DNA from: an uncultured Lachnospiraceae bacterium
GTDB taxonomy: Bacteria > Bacillota > Clostridia > Lachnospirales > Lachnospiraceae
Length of the DNA stretch: 64,000 nt
NCBI GenBank assembly: GCA_949840465.1
Contig: CATKXE010000006.1
Span: 964-64,963, forward strand
Reading direction: 5' to 3'
In this document: in pieces, positions 56,623 to 64,000 of the stretch
Layout: the number at the start of each line of letters is the position of its first letter
Position numbering within the stretch: position 1 is the stretch's first letter
Program-made: the position numbers and the translations under genes
The notes under the pieces: generated by a model
Seen by the model: the letters and a program-made list of their open reading frames with translations, nothing else
Told to the model about the DNA's origin: nothing
Database searches by the model: none

Positions 56623-58845
56623 TCATTCTTGTATGGTCAGACCAAGCTGTGAATTCGGATTTTGATGAATCATATAACATATGAATTCTTCGTCCTCATA
56701 ATAGATATTGGTTTCAACAGGATATATCTCACGAAACTCCTGATACCATGCATATACTTTTGAATTCAATACTGTCCGCATATCCCGGTCTATATAATTA
56801 TCAAAGGGGATCTCCAGATAAGATATTGACCGCCGCGCGGCCTCCCTGGAACTCTCCGGGCGTCCCTGAACATCAAAATTCCGGCAGGCATTTTCATTCT
56901 TCCTTGCCAGCCACGAAGGACCTCCATAAAAATATTTTGAATATACGACAGGCATTTTCTCTACACAAAGGAAAATATATTCTGTGGGAAGAACGTATTC
57001 TTTTTCCTCTATGTTCTGTACAAACGTAAAGATTTCTTCATGTATTCCTCCTTCTGTCAGTTGATATAAGCCTCCGTTCATCGATACGATCGTATAGGAA
57101 TATTGAGGAAATGTTTTCATAATTTTGTCTGTTACTAAAACCTCCGCCTGATAACGTCCTATCCACCAGTATGGATACTCATGAAAATCCGTCCGAAATG
57201 CCAGACAGTAAAGTGCACAGAAGCCCGCAAGCGCACCTGCGTTCATCACGCTTTGGCTCACTCCTGAACCTGCAAGGAAAAGCAGGAAATCCACTGCCAC
57301 ACCCAACATGCTGCAGATCCAGATCTGTATCAGGCCTGCAATTCGGTTGATCGCAACAAATTGCGGTAATCCCGCAGAAGGCGCCGCATACAAAAAAACA
57401 AAAATCACAGAAACTGCTATAAGAAAAAAATACCCCCCAGGCATTCCTTTGGCAAACAGGCTTTTTCTCTCCGGCTCCCTCTTTCTCTTATAATATAAAA
57501 GAAAACCGTACAGGCATAAGGCCGCAATGATCATGAGCGAAACAAACACGATGACCGATGCGCCTCTTTCTCCAAATAGATTCACATACCCATTCCTGTA
57601 GAACTCCCTGAGAAAACGGCCTGGGGATACAATCTCTGAGCCTTTCTCCACAGGTGTGTACGCCGTACTCTCACTGATTCCCTGAAAAGTACTGACTCCC
57701 CACCCCAGAGAACCTTCCGGCTCCATTCCCATATCATACGCCGCCAGCATCGGGACAATGCCTGCCTCTACACCGTACAGGACCGCCGCAGACAGAAACC
57801 CGATCCTCTTCATGGAACGCATTTTCCAGAAATATACCAGTACGGCAGCCAGACAGGCAAAAAAGGCCAGTATCGTCACATAGAAATGTATGGCAATCGT
57901 TGCCCCCACTCCGAATGACAGCAGCAAAAGATTTTCGTTTTGGAACCATTGCCCTGTCTCCCTTTCCTCCCTCAGAAACCGGATGAGGAACAGCGGACAG
58001 AGGAATACCAGATAAAGGCCAAATTCCTGCGGCAGCGTCCAGGTCATTCTTGAGAGTGAATCCAACGCTTTTTCTCCCATACCGTCGAAAAGCAGCCAGA
58101 CAGCCAGAACAAACAGGGGCGTAAAGCGGCATTGGAACACTTCTTTTTGCAGACAGTATGCTGCAAGCAGGAATGTCAGGCTATGAATCCCCGCCAAAAA
58201 GAGTATACAGCTATAAAGCCTCACTCCAAACAGACAGTTCATACTGTAGATAAAACAATGCATGGCTTCTGGATAAATGCCGTCTGAAAATATCTCTCCC
58301 TCCTGTAATCCAAGAATCCACTGATGGTGCGTAAACTGGTCGCTGCATCCATAAGAAAGGAACTGGAATGCTCCGTTGGAAAAGTATGCCATTCCAAACA
58401 GTACTGCGGCAGCCAAAAGAAAATACTGCATCATTTGATCCTGATAATTTCCGTAGAACTTTTTCCACTTCTTGCATACCGTATCCCATATCCGGGCGAA
58501 AAATAGTTTCCATCCGTATTTCCCCAACAGCAGATTCTCTGCCATAAGGCCAATCCCTGGATATCCCCGCTTTTTTCTCTTGAACAGAAATATTCCCGCA
58601 CTCATGATAAGGGGTCCATAAAAAAAGCCCCTCACGACCCAGACATTCAAAATATGGAACAACCCTGCCCCAAGAACCACCAGATTTACCAATACAATCT
58701 GTACGACAGAACAAAAAAGGAAACGAAATTCGAACCCTTTTCCTCTCAGATATTTATGAAAAATAATACCCGGCCAGATATAAAGCAAAGCTGCATATGC
58801 AGCAAAGACTTTCATATATTCCAGATACCAGTATATGTTATCCAC
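56623..58845 (-). CDS. multi-pass membrane protein, GT-C-like
   Basis: 740 aa with more than 12 hydrophobic segments, loop motif SDQFTHHQW...GIYPEAMH, soluble C-terminal domain. Confidence 0.55.
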   Translation of the reverse strand: MDNIYWYLEYMKVFAAYAALLYIWPGIIFHKYLRGKGFEFRFLFCSVVQIVLVNLVVLGAGLFHILNVWVVRGFFYGPLIMSAGIFLFKRKKRGYPGIGLMAENLLLGKYGWKLFFARIWDTVCKKWKKFYGNYQDQMMQYFLLAAAVLFGMAYFSNGAFQFLSYGCSDQFTHHQWILGLQEGEIFSDGIYPEAMHCFIYSMNCLFGVRLYSCILFLAGIHSLTFLLAAYCLQKEVFQCRFTPLFVLAVWLLFDGMGEKALDSLSRMTWTLPQEFGLYLVFLCPLFLIRFLREERETGQWFQNENLLLLSFGVGATIAIHFYVTILAFFACLAAVLVYFWKMRSMKRIGFLSAAVLYGVEAGIVPMLAAYDMGMEPEGSLGWGVSTFQGISESTAYTPVEKGSEIVSPGRFLREFYRNGYVNLFGERGASVIVFVSLMIIAALCLYGFLLYYKRKREPERKSLFAKGMPGGYFFLIAVSVIFVFLYAAPSAGLPQFVAINRIAGLIQIWICSMLGVAVDFLLFLAGSGVSQSVMNAGALAGFCALYCLAFRTDFHEYPYWWIGRYQAEVLVTDKIMKTFPQYSYTIVSMNGGLYQLTEGGIHEEIFTFVQNIEEKEYVLPTEYIFLCVEKMPVVYSKYFYGGPSWLARKNENACRNFDVQGRPESSREAARRSISYLEIPFDNYIDRDMRTVLNSKVYAWYQEFREIYPVETNIYYEDEEFICYMIHQNPNSQLGLTIQE

Positions 58846-58866
58846 CCTGTTCCCTCTCCATTCTGT

Positions 58867-60333
58867 TTAAAAATAGCCTGCTGCATCCGTCTCTTCATAA
58901 CGGTCCATTACTTTATTCGAAGGCATTTTTCCAACCGCATGTTTTAAAATCTGTCCCCCGCAGAAAACATGTCGATCCAGATTCCTTTCCAACCACCGCA
59001 GACGGAAAATGGCTGTCACAAACCCCGTCACAGCGGCCGCGAAAACTCCGATTCCAGCCCATAGATAAGGCAGGCGCACGGCAGCCATGCTTCCGGTGAG
59101 CATCGTCGCAAAAAACAATACCGAAGTCAAAAGCGCTCCCCACAAATCATTAAAATACTGTAGAAAAAGCATGGTTGAATACATGATGAACAGCGGGAAA
59201 TATCCTGCTGCCAGACAATAATAGAACTCCAGGACCAGGCCGCCGTATCCGACCCTCGGCAGGAAAATGACCACGATAAAATACAGAATCATGGAAATAA
59301 TAGACTGGATTCGTACCAAATTGACCAGTTCCTCAGACAACTGCCGGAACATCCTCTTTTTCGCAGTCTGGATATCCATCCACCGCCCGCCGATTACCGC
59401 TTCTGTGTAAGCCTTATAACGAGACCGAAAGCGCATCTCCACCCTGGAAATAAAAATAACAGACGCGGCAATATTGGTAAACATTGCAATACATGTTGCC
59501 ACATCATAAGGTTCTGCACAAACAAAACTTTTTGCCACGACAATCCGCAGTTCTGTCGTCCAGAACACAAAATTGTGGGTATACAGACCCAATACATATA
59601 AAAAATTGACAAAGATCAGCTGCCAGTATTTCCGAAAATACTGAAACACCGGCCGATACCTTCCGCTGTTCTCTGGAAAAAACTGTCGGATCTGTGCATA
59701 TTCCAGAACCGCAATGATGAGAAATCCCACACTCAGCCCGAAAAGCGAGCTAAAAGTCTGCTCCATACGCCCAAACCTGCGGATTCCAAGAGACGCCAGT
59801 ACGGCAGCCGTCATCCCGATCAAAAAAAACAAAGAGACTTTTTTGTAGTCTTTGCTGACAGAAAGAAAGGACATACAATACACCACCAGAATCAGGCTGA
59901 TATATCCGCAGAATCCAGTAAATACATAATATACCGGTACTTCTCCCATAAAATGTTCATGCAGGCAGAAGGGAATCCCAAGAGCGCATCCCGAGGCAGC
60001 CGTCATAAAAAGCCCCAGATAAAAACACGGAAGAATATCCTCATACCGCTCCTCATAAATGATATCGGACATATACCGTGAAATCACGGGTGTAAAAGGC
60101 GACACAACCAAAAATGAAAAAATAAACATATAAAGCACTGTGCAGGAATAGAGCTCTCTTGCCGCATAACCGGCCTCCTCAAAATTCAAAAGGGCGTGCA
60201 TCAGCATGACCGTCCCGAATACCACCAGCATGGGAGCTATCGTGACCACTGTACTGTAGAGGGCGCCGTACAAATTGCCTGCAATACTGTTTCTTCCATA
60301 GATCCTGTTCAGCTTAACTCCGATTCCGGCCAT
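58867..60333 (-). CDS. pelG: Pel polysaccharide transporter
   Basis: MAGIGVKL start, SRYMSDIIY, YDVATCIAMF, about 12 TM helices, directly downstream of pelF. Confidence 0.9.
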   Translation of the reverse strand: MAGIGVKLNRIYGRNSIAGNLYGALYSTVVTIAPMLVVFGTVMLMHALLNFEEAGYAARELYSCTVLYMFIFSFLVVSPFTPVISRYMSDIIYEERYEDILPCFYLGLFMTAASGCALGIPFCLHEHFMGEVPVYYVFTGFCGYISLILVVYCMSFLSVSKDYKKVSLFFLIGMTAAVLASLGIRRFGRMEQTFSSLFGLSVGFLIIAVLEYAQIRQFFPENSGRYRPVFQYFRKYWQLIFVNFLYVLGLYTHNFVFWTTELRIVVAKSFVCAEPYDVATCIAMFTNIAASVIFISRVEMRFRSRYKAYTEAVIGGRWMDIQTAKKRMFRQLSEELVNLVRIQSIISMILYFIVVIFLPRVGYGGLVLEFYYCLAAGYFPLFIMYSTMLFLQYFNDLWGALLTSVLFFATMLTGSMAAVRLPYLWAGIGVFAAAVTGFVTAIFRLRWLERNLDRHVFCGGQILKHAVGKMPSNKVMDRYEETDAAGYF

Positions 60334-61804
60334 GCTCCCCCTCCTTCCTGATATAAAAGGGCTCCTCAGTCCAATCAAGCGACCTTTCCTGTGCAAATTT
60401 TTTATAAATATCTCTGTACGCATGACGCATATCTTCAATTCTATGCCTGGCGCGGACACGCCGGTATCCGTTCTCTCCGTAAGCCTGCCGTTCTTCTGGA
60501 TTAAGAGCAAGTTCCACGATCGCGCCTGTAATCTCATCCAGATTCATGACATGTGTCAGAATCCCCGCTTTTCCAAACCGATCTCCTTCTTCTCCATAAA
60601 TCAGCCCTCTGCAGTTCCCCACATCCGTTGCAATGACCGGCTTCCCTGCGGCATAGCTTTCCAATATGGTAAGGGGCTGCCCTTCGCTGATACTGGTCAG
60701 TATCGTAAAGTCCATCTTTCCAAGATATTCCCGAATATCCACACTGCCTGTAAAAAACACGTCCGGAATCTCCAGATTCTGAACCAGTTCCATACATTCT
60801 GACGCATATTCAGATTCTTCATCCACTGACCCCATGATCCACAACTTCAGGCCTGGAACCATTTTTTTCGCATTTCCAAATGCTTTGAGCAGGGTTTTCA
60901 CATCCTTGATGGGCGTAACCCGAAGAACAGCTCCGACATAAATACTGTCCTGTTCTTCCTCTGTTTTTTCCTGAAGTCCCTCCAGCCTTGCAACATCAAT
61001 TCCGTTCGGAATAATTCCTGCCTTTTGGGGAGGGCATCCCAGTTCTATCTGTAATTCCCTTGCATGCGCATACAAACTGATAACGGCATCCGCCCGTGCG
61101 TAGACAAGGGTGGACATTTTTCTGAACTGTTCTATCCAGATATCTTTATAAAGCCCATCCAGCCAGGCGGCCCTGATCAGTTCTTCCTCTCTCTCCCTCG
61201 TATAGATCCCGTGTTCAGACAACAACAGCCCGCTTCCATAAAAATATGAGGCCATACTTCCGATGATTCCCGCGTATCCGGCAGCCATACAATGATAAAC
61301 GTCTGCTTCTGGTATCTCCATTTTCATTACAAGAAACAAAGGGACATACATTGAACGCAACGTCCATAAAAAATCAGAGAACATGATCTGGGTATATCGC
61401 TTCTGGTATACCTCCACAGCGATCTGTAAAAAATCCTCGCCCATCAATAATTCGTTCAGAGAAATTCTTTTTCTGCGGAACAAATCAAACAGGCTATCCC
61501 ACTCCACATTTTGGTTCAGCATCAGGCTGCGCAGCGCGTTCCATTCTTTCTTTTTTAATTTTAAACGGGATTTCTTAAAAAAGCGGGTGGGCTGCCAGTC
61601 GTCATCCTGCAGATAGACTTCATATACTCTGGTAACATTATCTGGAAGTTCATATACAAATTTTCCTCTCTACTCCCTGCCAGACACAATATTCACCAAC
61701 ATAAATTCCAAATTGGGAAAGGAGCGTATCATACTGTGGATCCAACCGGAAACCCCTCCCACCGTATAAGGGTAGCAGCCCTCTGACACAATACAGATTC
61801 TCAA
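60314..61804 (-). pseudogene. pelF: GT4 glycosyltransferase PelF, interrupted by in-frame TAG at codon 45 (61670-61672)
   Basis: TTG start gives MRICIVSEGCYPYTVGGVSGW...SGRE*RGKFVYELP, continuing in frame into ORF 60314..61522 (SEHGIYTRERE, RVTPIKD, SISEGQP, TDVG). Confidence 0.88.
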
Positions 61805-61844
61805 AACGGCACCTCCCATTTCCCCTGTATCTTCTTCGAATATC

Positions 61845-63632
61845 TCAGTTCTCCAGAAAAATGCGAACATTCTCTTCCTGAGCTAAAATCAAATACGCGT
61901 CCTTTTCGATTTCAGAAAATGTTCCTCCTGAAACGGATGCCACATTCTTATCATGTGTTCTGAGCAGAAAACCGGCTTCTCCCTGTAGGTTCTCTATTTG
62001 GAGCCTGATGACATCATCCTCCCGCGACTCCCTGTAATTCAGAGAGAAAAAATTTCTCAGGCGGCTGTCGCTTTCCGTAACCGTTGTTTTATCAAAGCAG
62101 GAAAATGGTTTCCACCACATCCCGATATTCCCCGCGGCCTTTCTGGAATATCGTTCCCATTGGTCTTCAAGGCTCTCCGGCCATGAAACCCGCTCTATAT
62201 CCAAAAAGATATGGGTATAGCCAAGCGCCGTCTGAAGGCTTCGGTTCCTTAGATCGTCAGAATAACTATATCTGTCCGCATAATGTGTGATTCCCTGATA
62301 CGTCATATTCTCCGACACAAAGGACAACAAAAAATCCCCCTCTCCGACAGGCCCCGTAACCGTGCGGATATCCCCCGCCTTCCTTTCATCTGCCAGTGCG
62401 GACAGCTCCTTTCTTTTCTTTTGGGACGCAAAGGCCGCTGTATAAACATATCCACTTCCCGCTTCTTGAAAAAATTCTTCATCCCATAATTTCTTATCTA
62501 TGACGGAAATATCATCCCTGCTCTCAGCTGACCACCCGGCCTCGCCCTGCCGTTCTTTCATCTGGCGGAGATAAAAATCCAACAGCTCTGAATCCGGTGT
62601 TCCTTCTCCTGAATAAAGAGATCGGGGCGTCAGAAAACAGGTCATATGAAAACCGCTCTGCTCCGAAATCGCAACCAGGCTCGGCCAAACCACATTCTGG
62701 TGCATCTGTCCCTGGCTGCAGCTGTAAATCCGCCTGATTGCCTCATCGTTTTCAGAAGTCAGGCTGGGATAACCTCCCACTGACAAATTCTGTGCGTTCA
62801 CCACGGGATAAATGGTATAAGCGTTGCTTTCTGACATCATGGCATCCAGAAAACCCAGTCCGGTTTCTTCGCACAGATACTCCCCGTTTACTGCAAATAT
62901 CTTTGCCTTCCCCACCGTATTCCTCCATACAATGGCAGGACCTCCGTCCTCTCCGCTTTTGCTGCTTTTTGTAAGGCCTGCCATATAAACCTTACTCCTG
63001 TCTCCCAGCTTATACCAGGGAATTGTTAATTCCAGATCCTGACGTTTGGTTTCCTCCTCCGTATCCGCCTGATATACAGCCTCACCGCCCAGAAGAAAGC
63101 CTTTATATAGAAGGATTCCCTTTAAATCCACCTTCTCCTGTATGGTTCTTTCTATTCCTAAAAGCCTGCCAAATTCTGGCGACTTTCGGATTGCGCCGCT
63201 TTCCGGTAATGAGCCAAAAACCATGATTATATCCCGGCCTGTCATCTTTTCAAGCAGAGCCGGATCCGTTTTTAAGGACAGGACGCTGCAGTCCATGCAC
63301 AGCACGTCTGCCTGAATCTCCTTCTGGGATGCATAATCTGAAAGCGATGGGAAGCATTTCAAAGACCGTTTGGTATAGGTACACCATTGGGCAGCCACAT
63401 TCTCCATATCACTTTCGCCGTCCCCGATAAATACGACCTGCCTGCCCAGGCCAGACGTCTCTGCCTTCTCCGTCATTTTGTATGTGTCGGACTGACGGAC
63501 AGTGATGTCCTGCGCATAGCTGTTCGTATTATAATCATTGAAAACTTCCCTGTAAATCTGGGGAAGCATAAACATCGAAAGCAGTACCGCCATCATAAGC
63601 AGCATGCTGAATAATTTTCTGCGTGATATCAT
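61845..63632 (-). CDS. DUF2194 protein (Gram-positive PelA deacetylase-like)
   Basis: N-terminal TM, YPVVNA, RNRSLQTALGY, position between pelE-like and pelF. Family call is from recall. Confidence 0.7.
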   Translation of the reverse strand: MISRRKLFSMLLMMAVLLSMFMLPQIYREVFNDYNTNSYAQDITVRQSDTYKMTEKAETSGLGRQVVFIGDGESDMENVAAQWCTYTKRSLKCFPSLSDYASQKEIQADVLCMDCSVLSLKTDPALLEKMTGRDIIMVFGSLPESGAIRKSPEFGRLLGIERTIQEKVDLKGILLYKGFLLGGEAVYQADTEEETKRQDLELTIPWYKLGDRSKVYMAGLTKSSKSGEDGGPAIVWRNTVGKAKIFAVNGEYLCEETGLGFLDAMMSESNAYTIYPVVNAQNLSVGGYPSLTSENDEAIRRIYSCSQGQMHQNVVWPSLVAISEQSGFHMTCFLTPRSLYSGEGTPDSELLDFYLRQMKERQGEAGWSAESRDDISVIDKKLWDEEFFQEAGSGYVYTAAFASQKKRKELSALADERKAGDIRTVTGPVGEGDFLLSFVSENMTYQGITHYADRYSYSDDLRNRSLQTALGYTHIFLDIERVSWPESLEDQWERYSRKAAGNIGMWWKPFSCFDKTTVTESDSRLRNFFSLNYRESREDDVIRLQIENLQGEAGFLLRTHDKNVASVSGGTFSEIEKDAYLILAQEENVRIFLEN

Positions 63633-63692
63633 GTATTTTTCTTCCCGTCCATTTCAAAAAACGCTCATTTCCATTTTCTCCCAAGGGCACGC

Positions 63693-64000
63693 CTATAAAA
63701 ATACACGGATCATCTCAAGTGTCGCCCTGTCAATCGTGATATCGGAAACACGCAGCTCATTGAGAAACCGAAAAAACGCTTCCCTCTCTCCGGTCGTAAA
63801 ACAGAGCTTGAGCAGACACCGGTAAGGGATCAGTTCTTCGGGATATCTGGCATAAGCCTCCAGACACCATTTCCGGCATTTTTCGTAATCCCCTGCTTCC
63901 AGAAACTGCATGCTCACAGCTTCAAACCGTTTTGGAGTCATTCTGCCTGCATCTTCCTTTAAAAGAAGATCACAGAGTTCCTCCATAATGCCGGCATATG
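63693..64000 (-). CDS. PelE-like TPR protein, C-terminal part (runs off right edge)
   Basis: TPR-like helices (FLEAGDYEKCRKWC; YRCLLKLCF) and position in the pel operon. Confidence 0.6.
   Translation of the reverse strand, partial: YAGIMEELCDLLLKEDAGRMTPKRFEAVSMQFLEAGDYEKCRKWCLEAYARYPEELIPYRCLLKLCFTTGEREAFFRFLNELRVSDITIDRATLEMIRVFL

Noticed and set aside
20175-61672. TAG reassignment (genetic code 15 or pyrrolysine) suggested by two in-frame amber codons
   Set aside because: TAG is the stop at the expected ends of ychF (15273), priA (26257), murE (28524) and hemerythrin (31923). The two sites would also need different residues, and no pyl genes are in the window.

Overview
Chromosomal window from a Lachnospiraceae-like Firmicute. 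Nearly all genes are on the minus strand. From left to right it holds: the 5' part of ppdK; a three-gene operon of unknown function (TPR protein, DUF5716-like, DUF5717-like); rlmD; pcrA; an AraC regulator; a 541-aa orphan; lgt and ychF; the conserved Firmicute priA-def-fmt-rsmB-rlmN-stp-prkC-rsgA-rpe-thiN cluster; murE, vanZ, dinB, hemerythrin and nudC; a fructan/FOS utilisation locus (GH32, FusA-like ABC system, LacI); and a >22 kb polysaccharide locus that runs off the right end. That locus has a Gram-positive Pel core (pelE-like, DUF2194, pelF, pelG). The core is followed co-directionally by a GT-C-like membrane protein, a GH114-like hydrolase, DUF2304, GT4/GT2 enzymes, a PglK-like ABC flippase, DUF1919 and a pyruvyltransferase plus FrhB-like pair. 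Main observations: (1) the Pel core is linked to what looks like a lipid-linked side-chain decoration pathway; (2) a 63-bp palindromic unit with conserved GNA-triloop hairpins occurs both intergenically (7047-7125) and in frame inside a GT2 gene (49473-49578); (3) prkC and pelF each carry an in-frame TAG, although TAG is an ordinary stop elsewhere in the window. I found no rRNA, tRNA, CRISPR array or intact transposase. All family assignments come from motif recognition without database searches.
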